DNA of 64,000 nucleotides from Actinomycetes bacterium. GTDB lineage: Bacteria; Actinomycetota; Acidimicrobiia; Acidimicrobiales; Bog-793. The position numbers and the translations under genes were made by a program. Shown piece after piece: positions 9,918 through 20,000 of the stretch; within the stretch, counting starts at the first letter, position 1; each line of letters starts with the position of its first letter. The notes under the pieces were generated by a model. The model searched no databases. It was not told the DNA's origin and saw only the letters and a list, made by a program, of their open reading frames with translations. The stretch lies in contig JAJZMK010000093.1 of assembly GCA_021798275.1 (NCBI GenBank), forward strand, positions 599 through 64,598. The letters are read 5' to 3'.

Positions 9918-10880
9918 TCAAGGATTGTCTATCTCGAAGTCATACATTGATGCAATTTGTGCCCCGATTTCTTTGGAAAGTAGAGCAATGAAATCTTGGC
10001 CCAAGTTTTCTTCTGAAATAAGCGGCAAATAAATTTTTGGCAACGCTATTTTTTCATCCAATTTCTTGAGTAACTCATTTTGAGCCTCTATTTTACCCAT
10101 GCGAAACCGGTTAGCTTGGAGAAGCAGTGCCTCGGTTTTTGTATCGATCGCCGGAGCCCCGGCTTCAAGGGAGGCCTCGATGGGGTTGATATCAAGCCCT
10201 TCCAAGTTTGTATACATTTGATTGATGATCATAGGGCCTAGCGCCACGTCCGTCTTTTCTTCGACGGCATAAGCTGCATCTATGACTTCGTTGACCGGTG
10301 TCTCTTCGGGTATGGTCACCAGAATAACTTGGCAACGGCTGTGATCTTTCAGCATTTCGTCGACTTCGTCAGCTTGCTTTTTCAAAGCCCCACCTCTGGC
10401 CGCAAAAGTGAGGCCGGCGGGGCTCGTCAGCAAAGTAACCGCATGCCCGGTTGCCGGGGCATCCAAGATAATGACATCGGCTAAACGGTCACGCTCGAAT
10501 CTCTTCAGTCGCCCAAGTACCAGAATTTCTTGTATGCCGGGAATGGCGTTTGCGATGACATCTATCGTGTTGGTGGAGATAAGTTTCCGGGAGATCTTAC
10601 CCAAACCGTGCTCCAGTAGGTATTCAAGTAGAGCCTCTTCGGGGGTAATAAGTCGCAAACTAAGGTTATTGTCCACTTCTAAAGATGAATTGATGGGTGG
10701 GTCCTCTATCTCAAAGAAGCTAAATATATGAGAGTCCGTTTCCAAAGTGACAAGAAGGGTTTTTAATCCCTGTTCAGATGCTAACTTGGCCAGAGCAAGA
10801 GATGAAACAGTTTTACCGGTTCCCCCTTTTCCGGTAATGATAAATATATGACTTTTTAAAAAAAACTGTCTTATATCCAC
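9918..10880 (-). CDS. ArsA/Get3-family ATPase (Rv3679-like)
   Basis: TGKGGTGKT Walker A, DAPATGH and PEETPVNE motifs. Confidence 0.9.
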   Translation of the reverse strand: MDIRQFFLKSHIFIITGKGGTGKTVSSLALAKLASEQGLKTLLVTLETDSHIFSFFEIEDPPINSSLEVDNNLSLRLITPEEALLEYLLEHGLGKISRKLISTNTIDVIANAIPGIQEILVLGRLKRFERDRLADVIILDAPATGHAVTLLTSPAGLTFAARGGALKKQADEVDEMLKDHSRCQVILVTIPEETPVNEVIDAAYAVEEKTDVALGPMIINQMYTNLEGLDINPIEASLEAGAPAIDTKTEALLLQANRFRMGKIEAQNELLKKLDEKIALPKIYLPLISEENLGQDFIALLSKEIGAQIASMYDFEIDNP

Positions 10881-11083
10881 TTTGCCTGCCGGTTGCGGGT
10901 CGTAAGTACGGATTGAGTTTCATAGCCAAGAAACATGCCCTAAGAGCCTCCCATGGTAGTTTTACCGGCTTTTGTAGTCATTCTATTGTATACAGAAAGA
11001 GGCAATCCGGTTTTAGCCATATCTTGAAGTCGTAAAAACCTATCCTCAAGTGGGGTGGGTCTTGGCAGAAAACGGCTGAGTAG

Positions 11084-11160
11084 TGGTCGGGGTGCCCGGA
11101 TTTGAACCGAGGACCTCATGCTCCCAAAGCACGCGCGCTACCAAACTGCGCCACACCCCG
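11084..11160 (-). tRNA. tRNA-Pro(TGG)
   Basis: Reverse complement reads CGGGGTG..CGTGC-TTTGGGA-GCATG..GGTTCAAATCC..CACCCCG-ACCA. Confidence 0.95.
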
Positions 11161-11280
11161 TTTGTAACAATTTACATCGTAGACAATATTTACGGCAAAT
11201 AGGACATTCTTTGAAGATATTTTTTCTTTAGTTCAAAATTGGCCAAGACGGGCGCGGAATATAGGTAAGCTCAAATAAGT

Positions 11281-12717
11281 ATGCATACATCAAGCACAAC
11301 TTTAGAAGGTTACAAAGTCAAACTTACCGTAGAGGTTGACGAAGAAGATTTGCAAGCGGCAGAAGAGGCGACGATTCGCCATCTTGTTCGTGAAGTCAGG
11401 GTGCCCGGTTTTAGACCCGGCAAAGTTCCGCCGCGCGTTCTGGCTCAGAGACTCGGTAAGAAAACTATTCGACAGGAGACTCTGAGAGATCTCGTACCAA
11501 AGACGTACGACGAAGCCGTTGAGATAGAGAATATTGACGTCATCGCCGCTCCGGAAATAGATATCAAAGAAGGGGAAGAGTCAGGCAAGCTGGTTTACGA
11601 AGCCACTGTCGACATCAGACCCATAGTCGACATCGATGGTTATAACGATATCAAGGTAGAAGTGGAATCTCCGGTAGCTACCGACGATGATATCGAGCAC
11701 CAGATAGATCACATGCGCGAGCAAATGGCCACTTTGACAGAAGTGAAGAGGAAAAGCAAACTCGGAGACGTTATCACTTTGGATATGAAAGCAACCAGAG
11801 ACGGCGTCGAGGTAGATGACCTGACTGTCGAAGACTTTGTCTATGAACTGGGCAAAGGCGGCCTTGTTGAAGATGCCGACAAACTCCTTACCGGTGTAAA
11901 AGTCGGCGACGACGTGGAATACGATGCCGAAGAAGCCCCCGGTGGCAAAGCGCATATGTCTTTTCATATCAAATTGATACGCGAAAAAGTACTTCCCGCC
12001 GTAGACGATGATTTTGCCAAGGATGTATCGGAGTTTGACTCCATTGCCGATCTCAGAGCCGATCTGGCTACCCAAATCGGGCAGTCAAAACTTTTTGCCG
12101 CCAAACAGTCGTTGCGCGAAAATACAATTGCCGAATTGGTCAAACTTTTGCCGATTGAGGCACCGGAGTCCATGGTCCAAGATGCCACCGGTCGTATTTT
12201 GCAGGGTTTGATATCGAGGGTCAACCAAATGGGGGTCAAGATGAATAAGTATCTCCAAATTGTGGGCCAAAGCGAAGAAGACCTTGTGAACGAAGCTCGG
12301 GAGAGAGCCGTCAGGGAAGTTCTTGCCGATCTGGCGCTGCTTGCGGTAGCGGAAAAAGAGAACATAAAGGTAGATGAGCTCGAGCTGGACAATGAACTCG
12401 TCAAATTAGCCGAGCAGATGAAAATTCAGGTCTCAACCGCACGTGAAGCTCTTGAAGCTCAGGGCAAACTGGATGATTTCAGAAGGGAAAAGCGGATCGA
12501 AAAAGCTCTTGAATATCTCCTCAGTCAAGTGGAAATAGTTGATCCAGAGGGGCACCGACTTGATATCTCATTGTTCGAAGAAGACGAGAGTGACCAAGAA
12601 AGCGAAACTTTTGAAATAAATGCCTCCAAAGAAGAAGCTAAAACTTCAACTGACGGTAATCTAGATATAGATGCTTTGGAAAGTGTTGATACAGACTCAA
12701 CGAGTGGGGGTATGTAG
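11281..12717 (+). CDS. tig: Trigger factor
   Basis: VPGFRPGKVP signature; lies directly upstream of clpP-clpX. Confidence 0.95.
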   Translation: MHTSSTTLEGYKVKLTVEVDEEDLQAAEEATIRHLVREVRVPGFRPGKVPPRVLAQRLGKKTIRQETLRDLVPKTYDEAVEIENIDVIAAPEIDIKEGEESGKLVYEATVDIRPIVDIDGYNDIKVEVESPVATDDDIEHQIDHMREQMATLTEVKRKSKLGDVITLDMKATRDGVEVDDLTVEDFVYELGKGGLVEDADKLLTGVKVGDDVEYDAEEAPGGKAHMSFHIKLIREKVLPAVDDDFAKDVSEFDSIADLRADLATQIGQSKLFAAKQSLRENTIAELVKLLPIEAPESMVQDATGRILQGLISRVNQMGVKMNKYLQIVGQSEEDLVNEARERAVREVLADLALLAVAEKENIKVDELELDNELVKLAEQMKIQVSTAREALEAQGKLDDFRREKRIEKALEYLLSQVEIVDPEGHRLDISLFEEDESDQESETFEINASKEEAKTSTDGNLDIDALESVDTDSTSGGM

Positions 12718-12720
12718 TAA

Positions 12721-13350
12721 ATGAAAGCAACCGGATATCTAGTCCCGGTAGTGGTGGAGAAAGATGCCAGGGGTGAGAGGTCATATGACTTATACTCGCG
12801 CCTTTTGAAAGAGCGGATCATTTTCATCGGTACTCCTATAGACGACACAGTAGCCAATCTGGTCTGTGCGCAGATGCTTTTTCTCGAATCGGAAGATCAG
12901 GAAAAAGATATTAATATCTACATCAATTCCCCCGGTGGAGACATAACGGCTCTATTTGCCATCTATGACACCATGAAGTATGTACGCCCCGATAAATCAA
13001 CTTTTTGCTTTGGCCAAGCTGCTTCAGCCGCCGCCGTATTACTCGGAGCTGGGACCAAAGGCAAGCGTTACGCTTTACCGCATGCCAGAATTCTACTTCA
13101 CCAGCCATACGGAGGGGCAGCCGGACAGGCTACCGATATCGAATTGCAAGCAAAAGAAATTTTACGAATGAGGGATCTGTTGAACGAGATGTTGGCCGAA
13201 GATACCGGTCAGCCCGTCGAGAGTATTCAAAAGGATACAGACAGAGACTTTATAATGAGCGCAAAAGAAGCTTGTGACTATGGTTTGATCGATGAAGTGA
13301 TAACCAACAGAGATAATGTAGGTACGATCGCTGTCGCACAAGCGGTCTGA
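12721..13350 (+). CDS. clpP: ATP-dependent Clp protease proteolytic subunit
   Basis: [27 protein letters not shown] and HQP motifs. Confidence 0.97.
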   Translation: MKATGYLVPVVVEKDARGERSYDLYSRLLKERIIFIGTPIDDTVANLVCAQMLFLESEDQEKDINIYINSPGGDITALFAIYDTMKYVRPDKSTFCFGQAASAAAVLLGAGTKGKRYALPHARILLHQPYGGAAGQATDIELQAKEILRMRDLLNEMLAEDTGQPVESIQKDTDRDFIMSAKEACDYGLIDEVITNRDNVGTIAVAQAV

Positions 13351-13365
13351 TTATTGGAGGGGCCT

Positions 13366-14643
13366 GTGGCTAAATTCGGTGACGGAGGAGAGCTCGTTAA
13401 ATGTAGTTTTTGCGGCAAGTCGCAAAAACAGGTAAAAAAGCTGATAGCCGGTCCAGGCGTATATATATGCGATGAGTGCATCGAGCTATGTAACGACATT
13501 ATAGAAGAAGAACTTTCGGACTCAACCGAGGTCAATTTTGAAGACCTGCCAAAGCCCCGCGAGATAAATGAATTCTTGAACGACTATGTGATAGGGCAGG
13601 AAACGGCTAAGAAGATACTTTCCGTCGCTGTATACAACCACTATAAGAGAATGCAGGTTGGTTCCGTACGCGTTGACGGAGATGTAGAGTTGGCCAAATC
13701 CAATATTCTTCTGCTCGGTCCTACCGGTTGTGGTAAAACACTACTGGCTCAGACATTGGCCAGGATGCTTAACGTGCCTTTTGCTATAGCCGATGCCACC
13801 GCACTGACTGAGGCTGGTTACGTAGGCGAAGACGTGGAGAATATCCTACTCAAGCTGATACAAGCCGCAGATTACGACGTCAAAAAAGCAGAGACGGGTA
13901 TTATCTACATCGATGAGATCGACAAGATAGCAAAGAAGAGCGAGAACCCCTCTATTACCAGAGATGTCTCCGGGGAAGGGGTCCAGCAGGCTTTGCTCAA
14001 AATTTTGGAGGGTACAGTAGCTTCCGTTCCTCCACAAGGTGGGAGAAAACATCCCCACCAGGAGTTTATACAGATTGACACCACAAACATTTTATTTATC
14101 TGCGGTGGGGCATTTGCCGGTCTCGACAAAATCATAGAAGGCAGAATAGGAAAATCAGGTATAGGTTTCCGGGCCGATGTCAAGAAGGCCAAGCGTTACG
14201 ATGACAACAGAGTTTACCTGGAAGTACTGCCTGAGGATCTGTTGAAATTCGGCCTGATACCGGAATTCGTCGGAAGACTTCCAGTTATCGGGGCAGTTGC
14301 CAACTTGGATAGGGAGGCTCTGGTCAGAATCCTCATAGAGCCTAAAAATGCCCTGACGAAGCAGTTTAAGAAAGTTTTCCAATTGGACAATGTGGATCTG
14401 GAAATTACAGAAGATGCCCTGGAGGCGATAGCCGACCAAGCGCTACTTAGAGGTACCGGCGCCAGGGGCCTAAGGGCGATCATCGAAGAAGTTCTGCTCG
14501 ATGTGATGTATGATATACCAAGTAGAAGCGACGTCGGTAAGTGCGTGGTTGACCAGCGGGTAGTTTTGGAGCACGTTGCCCCGACATTGATACCAAGAAG
14601 CCCGGGGAGCAAGACGGACCAGCCGAGACGTGCAGCATCCTAA
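13366..14643 (+). CDS. clpX: ATP-dependent Clp protease ATP-binding subunit
   Basis: CSFCGK..CDEC zinc finger, GPTGCGKT and IGF loop. Start set at GTG 13366, after GGAGG. Confidence 0.97.
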   Translation: MAKFGDGGELVKCSFCGKSQKQVKKLIAGPGVYICDECIELCNDIIEEELSDSTEVNFEDLPKPREINEFLNDYVIGQETAKKILSVAVYNHYKRMQVGSVRVDGDVELAKSNILLLGPTGCGKTLLAQTLARMLNVPFAIADATALTEAGYVGEDVENILLKLIQAADYDVKKAETGIIYIDEIDKIAKKSENPSITRDVSGEGVQQALLKILEGTVASVPPQGGRKHPHQEFIQIDTTNILFICGGAFAGLDKIIEGRIGKSGIGFRADVKKAKRYDDNRVYLEVLPEDLLKFGLIPEFVGRLPVIGAVANLDREALVRILIEPKNALTKQFKKVFQLDNVDLEITEDALEAIADQALLRGTGARGLRAIIEEVLLDVMYDIPSRSDVGKCVVDQRVVLEHVAPTLIPRSPGSKTDQPRRAAS

Positions 14644-16069
14644 TAACGATAACCACGTTCCCTCCGCCGGTAGAAGTTCAAAACAACAACACCATAAATT
14701 GTTGTCGGTGGGTGATGCCCTATCCTACCTGGATTCTCACGTCAATCTGGAGGCTATAGAAAAGGGCAGAGCAGGCAGAGCGGGAGAACCAACGCTGTCT
14801 CGCATCAATGCAATTTTGGATGCCATGGCTCGCCCCGATGACGGTTACCCTATTTTGCAGGTTACGGGAACAAACGGTAAGGGTTCTACGACGAGAATTG
14901 CTTCGGCAATTCTGATGGGGTTGGGTCTTTGTACCGGTACTTACATGAGTCCCCATTTGGAATTGATCAACGAGCGTATAGCCGTAAATAACCAGTCGAT
15001 CACTGATGATGATTTGGCCAATATTTTAAGTTCTCTCAGCTATCTTGAGGCGTTTCTTCTCTCTTCTGGCAAACTGGAAATTCCTCCCACCTGGTTTGAA
15101 CTGATGACGGCTGCTGCTTTTATTTTCTTCGGCGACATGGCAGTTGACGCCGCTGTTGTGGAAGTCGGCATGGGGGGTCGTTATGATGCCACAAATGCCG
15201 GCGACGCTCTTGTATCTGTTTTGACCAATGTAGAATTGGATCACGTGGAGATACTTGGGCCCACCAAGAAACATATAGCTTTAGAAAAAGTAGGTATCGT
15301 CAAACCAGGTTCTATTTTTGTCCAGGGAGAGCGAGACCCCGTTTTGTCTGAATTGCTGGAGACGACAGCTTTCGAACAGGGGGCAAGCGAGGTTCTGATC
15401 AGAGGACGCGATTTTGACTGCACTTCGGCCGAGGTGGCACACGGCGGGAGGTTGCTAGATATCTATACCAAGTTTTCCTCCTATGAGAGTCTGTTTTTAC
15501 CATTGCACGGTCGCCACCAAGGTGACAATGCCGCAATTGCCATAACAGCCGTAGAGCAGTTGATCGGACAAGCCATAGATCAGGAAGTACTGCAAGAGGC
15601 TTTACAAGAGGCAGAAGTTCCCGGACGTTTGGAAGTATTGGGACGTAGTCCCCTCGTTCTGCTCGACGGAGCACATAATGAGGCCGGGATGTCGATACTG
15701 GCGGAAGCTCTCGAAGAAGATTTCCCTCTTTTTGAAAACATAATTGTTATCATGGGTCTTTTATCAGGTAGAGAGCCAAAAAAGATGCTGCAAGCGTTAA
15801 ATTTACATAAATTGGCTCTTAGAAATAACGCCGCCGCCGACAATTCTCAACCGACAAACATCACCGTTGTAGCTTGCACTCCTCCTTCGCTCAGGGCTTT
15901 GCCGGGTTATCTTGTCAAAGAGGCAGCAGAAGAGCTAGGTTTACCTTCGTTCGACTCAGGTGACGTGGCCTCTGCTCTGGAATGGGCGAAGCAGGCAGGA
16001 GGTCAAAATGACATTATTTTGATAACCGGATCATTATATGTCGTAGGAAGTGCACGGCAGCTGTTTTAA
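14630..16069 (+). CDS. folC: Folylpolyglutamate synthase / dihydrofolate synthase
   Basis: [30 protein letters not shown] and TGSLY motifs. Start is uncertain and may be GTG near 14708. Confidence 0.92.
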   Translation: MQHPNNDNHVPSAGRSSKQQHHKLLSVGDALSYLDSHVNLEAIEKGRAGRAGEPTLSRINAILDAMARPDDGYPILQVTGTNGKGSTTRIASAILMGLGLCTGTYMSPHLELINERIAVNNQSITDDDLANILSSLSYLEAFLLSSGKLEIPPTWFELMTAAAFIFFGDMAVDAAVVEVGMGGRYDATNAGDALVSVLTNVELDHVEILGPTKKHIALEKVGIVKPGSIFVQGERDPVLSELLETTAFEQGASEVLIRGRDFDCTSAEVAHGGRLLDIYTKFSSYESLFLPLHGRHQGDNAAIAITAVEQLIGQAIDQEVLQEALQEAEVPGRLEVLGRSPLVLLDGAHNEAGMSILAEALEEDFPLFENIIVIMGLLSGREPKKMLQALNLHKLALRNNAAADNSQPTNITVVACTPPSLRALPGYLVKEAAEELGLPSFDSGDVASALEWAKQAGGQNDIILITGSLYVVGSARQLF

Positions 16070-16091
16070 TCAGCTAATCTAGTCATTTGAT

Positions 16092-16517
16092 ATGAGCAGA
16101 ACACTTATTATTTGTAAACCCGATGCCGTTGAGCGAGGTTTATTGGGGGAAATCATCGGCCGTTTTGAAAAAAAAGGCTTGAGACTTGTCGCCGGGGAAT
16201 TGAGACACATCGATTATGAGGTGGCAAAAGAGCACTATATTGAACATGAAGGTCGCTCATTTTACCCAGAACTTATGGAATTTATTACAAGATCACCTTC
16301 TTTCGTAATGGTTTTGGAATCACACGTTCCCGGTGCTTGGCTTACCGCCAGGGCAATGATCGGAGAGACCAACCCGGCAGAAGCAAGACCGGGGACCATC
16401 AGGGGGGATTTTGGAGTTCATGCTTCCGAAAACCTTGTTCATGGTTCAGATAGTCCCGAAGCAGCCGCCAGAGAGATAGCTCTCTTTTTTCCTAATCTTG
16501 CTCCGGAAGAAACATAA
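16092..16517 (+). CDS. ndk: Nucleoside diphosphate kinase
   Basis: RTLIICKPDAV, PGTIRGDF and NLVHGSDS motifs. Confidence 0.97.
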   Translation: MSRTLIICKPDAVERGLLGEIIGRFEKKGLRLVAGELRHIDYEVAKEHYIEHEGRSFYPELMEFITRSPSFVMVLESHVPGAWLTARAMIGETNPAEARPGTIRGDFGVHASENLVHGSDSPEAAAREIALFFPNLAPEET

Positions 16518-16561
16518 AGGCAGAAGCTGAGATTTCGCCCGCTTAGCGGGTCTATTTGTCG

Positions 16562-16610
16562 ATACCCCTATAAGGAGATGGTTTACCCTATTTCGCCATA
16601 GGGGTATTTT
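16562..16610 (+). terminator. Probable intrinsic terminator after ndk
   Basis: ATACCCCTAT (16562-16571) pairs with ATAGGGGTAT (16598-16607), with an inner GAGATGG/CTATTTC stem, followed by Ts. Confidence 0.6.
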
Positions 16611-16732
16611 GATGTTTAAGATTCTCTTCCTGCGATCAAAACATCACCTATATTCGGTGACAAATGACATTTATTAGGGTATTTGGTCCCGAAATATTTT
16701 TTTGGAAATATTTAGAGTTCCTACAACGTTCA

Positions 16733-16768
16733 TTTACTTAACATACCTACTAGGGTATATTAAGTAAA
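16733..16768 (+). promoter_or_regulatory. CsoR/RicR-type operator within a sigma-A-like promoter
   Basis: TACC-TACTA-GGGTA matches the RicR motif TACC-N5-RGGTA. It is flanked by TTTACTTAA/TTAAGTAAA and lies between TTTACT and TATATT with a 17-bp spacer. Confidence 0.55.
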
Positions 16769-16816
16769 GATTGTTAGCAACACTTACTTGTCAATCATTA
16801 TGAGGAGGAGAAAAAA

Positions 16817-17086
16817 GTGGCGACAGAAGTAAACTCCAAGTCACATCGTGTACTTGTATATACGACACCAACTTGTCCTTGGTGTAATAAAGCAAAATCA
16901 TTTTTACGCGAGAGAAAAATTTCCTATAAAGAAATAGACGTTTCAAGAGATAGGAAAGCAGCAGAGGATCTTGTCAGACGATCAGGTCAAATGGGTGTAC
17001 CGGTCATCGAGATAGACAACCAAATAGTCATAGGTTTTGATCAAAGGCGTGTAGAAAAATTGCTTGGATTAAAGCCGGTGGCATAG
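16817..17086 (+). CDS. Glutaredoxin-like protein (YruB/NrdH-like)
   Basis: YTTPTCPWC active site, SGQMGVPVI and IGFD; GAGGAG ribosome-binding site. Confidence 0.9.
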   Translation: MATEVNSKSHRVLVYTTPTCPWCNKAKSFLRERKISYKEIDVSRDRKAAEDLVRRSGQMGVPVIEIDNQIVIGFDQRRVEKLLGLKPVA

Positions 17087-17158
17087 AACGTGCTCTACTG
17101 GTAGGAAAGAAATCATCGACAGATAAAGACAGATACAAAGAGATAGGAAAGGATTGAA

Positions 17159-17428
17159 ATGAGTTCTCTCATCAGGCCTCTCGGTCAAAGAGTTTTGCTG
17201 AAAGTTTTAGAAGAAGAAAGTGTAACTTCAAGCGGTCTTGTCATCCCTGATACCGCTAAGGAAAAACCGCAGCAGGGAGAAGTTGTCGCGGTAGGTGACG
17301 ATAAAGAAATGATCAAAGTGAGCATAGGTGACAAGGTGCTGTTCCCAAAGTATTCCGGCACCGAAGTTCGTCTTGAAGGTACGGACTATCTGATCATCGA
17401 TGCAAGCGAGATATTAGGGATTTTCTGA
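17159..17428 (+). CDS. groES: Co-chaperonin GroES, second copy without an adjacent groEL
   Basis: [33 protein letters not shown] and KYSGTEV motifs. Confidence 0.92.
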   Translation: MSSLIRPLGQRVLLKVLEEESVTSSGLVIPDTAKEKPQQGEVVAVGDDKEMIKVSIGDKVLFPKYSGTEVRLEGTDYLIIDASEILGIF

Positions 17429-17737
17429 TTGCTTCATGTGCAAAGAAAGCTCATAGGAATAAAGCCAGAGCAAAGAGTTACCTGAGCAAAACTATAGAAT
17501 CATTGCTAACGCTACGGTTAAATCAGAATTTCATCTTATGTATAAGCATACATTCTATCGGATATATACTATAAAGGTAAATTCATATTTTCGTATTTTG
17601 ATTATATAAATTTGACCTGCGGTAGCTTATCTATGTTACTGGTGAGAAAAACTAAGCAGCTATCTTTTGGGGATGTCTGCGCAACGAGGCAACGTTTCTC
17701 TACGAACGTGGCATCAAAATTGCATACGAAGAGTTTA

Positions 17738-19213
17738 CTATGGACCTGTATAATAGAGGGAAAAGCCGTCGGTATTTGGCAGTGACGGCGTGGATAATTC
17801 GGAATTGTTCTGTACAATTTCACAACCCTCGCTTGCTGTTAAATACCATGAAGTAAGACTTGTAGTCAAATTCGTAAACGTAACGCTTCCGTAGTTGGCG
17901 AACGGAACGTACGTGCCTGAAGACATGGATGTGTAGTCCTCCACTATCCATTCGGCAGTATATCCTCCGCTGTAATAAAGACCGGTTGTTGTTCCCTGAT
18001 AGACGAATTCGGAACCTCCGATCGGCTCTACTCCCCAGCCTTCACCGGTAACCATTATCCCTTCCAGACCGGTTGTAATATCTTGTAATACTGTTACCCA
18101 AGAGCCACTGCTGTCTTGAAAGACACTTGCCGATATAGTATCGCCGGGCGATACGGGGAAATTGATAAAAGTATTATCCGTATTTGGATTGGACGGAAAT
18201 TCTTCCCACCATCCGCTATCTTGCTGAACACCATTTACGCAATTATCTGCTATGCCGGTTTGCAGCAGTGTCCCCGATGTCCCTCCATTGGGCCATGTCA
18301 GCCCACCTATCCCAACCCAAGTGAATTCGCCGGCGTTGTAGGTATCACTGCAGTTTAGAGTCGGAACCGTCCATTGCCCGCTTGTTGCCGTTATCAGGGT
18401 GGCGGCAGAAGGTACTACGTATCCGGACCAGTTGGAAGAAATTTGAAATTGCGGGGGAGCTTCTTGGGTAAGTTCTTGGTTGGCCACAATCGATTGGCCG
18501 TTTGAAGCGGTTGCGGTAAAAGTTATCACCCACTGTTGCTGTGATGTAGATTGTCCAAGTGTTAATGAATAGTTGCCGTTACAACTGACGGTGGCCGGAT
18601 TGTTTCCTGTCCATAGTGCTGGCGTGGAAGAAAGCGTACACGAAGAGGCATTCTCTGAGGTGTAGGTAAGACTGACGTTACCGCCGGCATAAGAAATATT
18701 GTTTGTGCTGATGGATAAATTTGCCGTAGCCTGTGGCGGAGCGCTTGTGGTTGTCGGAGTCATTATTGTAGATGTTATAGTGCCAGATGTGGTAGTAGTC
18801 GACACCGTGTCGGTTGTCGTCGGTGTCACTTGTTGTGGGGAAGGAAAGTTTGTACAGTCCTCACGACGTAACCTGATACTGTATAGACGCCTTCCTTTTA
18901 CGGGTACAAGTTTTATTATTCTCTTTTTACCCACGTCCACTATTTCTTTATGCCACCTATGTTCTTTTTTTAGGACATGCTTACCATTTTTATCAACCAG
19001 AACCAGGTGCCAAAGAAATACCATATGTGTCCCGCGGTGAATAACGGTAATTGTTCTACATGTAGTCGTCGCCTGTGCACCTGTGGTGCTAGCGAGAATG
19101 GAAAACAGTGAACCAGTGACCATGATAGCGATAATAAGAAAGTTGACAAATATCTTATGACAAGTGGTCAATATCTTGTCGATTTGCGGTATTTTTGATT
19201 TCGAGAAAAACAT
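17738..19213 (-). CDS. Membrane-anchored or secreted G1-family glutamic peptidase with Thr-rich linker
   Basis: N-terminal hydrophobic helix; C-terminal SSNWSGY, WVGIGG, LLQTG (catalytic Gln) and AEWIVED (catalytic Glu). Confidence 0.85.
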   Translation of the reverse strand: MFFSKSKIPQIDKILTTCHKIFVNFLIIAIMVTGSLFSILASTTGAQATTTCRTITVIHRGTHMVFLWHLVLVDKNGKHVLKKEHRWHKEIVDVGKKRIIKLVPVKGRRLYSIRLRREDCTNFPSPQQVTPTTTDTVSTTTTSGTITSTIMTPTTTSAPPQATANLSISTNNISYAGGNVSLTYTSENASSCTLSSTPALWTGNNPATVSCNGNYSLTLGQSTSQQQWVITFTATASNGQSIVANQELTQEAPPQFQISSNWSGYVVPSAATLITATSGQWTVPTLNCSDTYNAGEFTWVGIGGLTWPNGGTSGTLLQTGIADNCVNGVQQDSGWWEEFPSNPNTDNTFINFPVSPGDTISASVFQDSSGSWVTVLQDITTGLEGIMVTGEGWGVEPIGGSEFVYQGTTTGLYYSGGYTAEWIVEDYTSMSSGTYVPFANYGSVTFTNLTTSLTSWYLTASEGCEIVQNNSELSTPSLPNTDGFSLYYTGP

Positions 19214-19914
19214 ATATTAAGACTCTACTTGTCGGTTGTAACACCATAAGATGTAGCGAGGTTGGCTGTTTGTGATACTTTGCGGTAACGACACTCTGAC
19301 CTGCCAGGATACCGCTGGAATTGCTATTTCCAACTTTTACTTTCTCCCTTTCATGACAAGTAGGTCCGTTTTGGCCGTTGTAAATGGTCGTAGTCGAGAT
19401 AAAAATAGCTATTTTGCCATTCGGCGTTGGAAGGTAAAAGTGTACAGCTTATGATTCAAGACGGTAAGTCAAAATCTACCGGGTTGTCAAAATTGATAAT
19501 ACCCAAAGATTGACCAACTCAGACGATAATCAGTACCGCAAGCCTGTAAACTCTGGGTAAAAATTGTGGGCGAATTCAGGTAGATAGATAGCAGACTTCA
19601 GGCAGTATGCAATGCTGCAAGCTGCATAAATTAGATTGGATCCGACATCCTATTTTTTGTGATTAATTCCACTTTGTAGCCTTGATCGACCGGCTGGCAA
19701 CCAGCCGTATTACCACAAAAAACGAAAGATTGAATCCTGTATCATCATTGCCAGATCCATCTCTATTCAACAACGCTACCTCAATCTTCTTGGGGCGTTA
19801 CCGTGACTATGCGACCATGTATGTAGGCAGGTAAGAGTAAAACAGTAAATACCTAGTTAGATTAAAATATGGGTTGAAGTTATCCGGGCTTGGAACTAAA
19901 GGAGGAAGTAGAAA

Positions 19915-19962
19915 TTACCTGAATAAAATTATCAGGCTATCCTGATAATTTTATTCAGGTAA
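19915..19962. repeat. Perfect 22-bp inverted repeat with 4-nt loop, upstream of the MFS gene
   Basis: TTACCTGAATAAAATTATCAGG-CTAT-CCTGATAATTTTATTCAGGTAA. Confidence 0.9.
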
Positions 19963-20000
19963 GCCTGATAAAGTGGTTATCTTATGCTGGAGGATAACCG

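Noticed and set aside
19272..19800. 60-aa ORF and possible pseudogene in the peptidase-MFS spacer
   Set aside because: No recognisable motifs or ribosome-binding site, so I cannot support a call.
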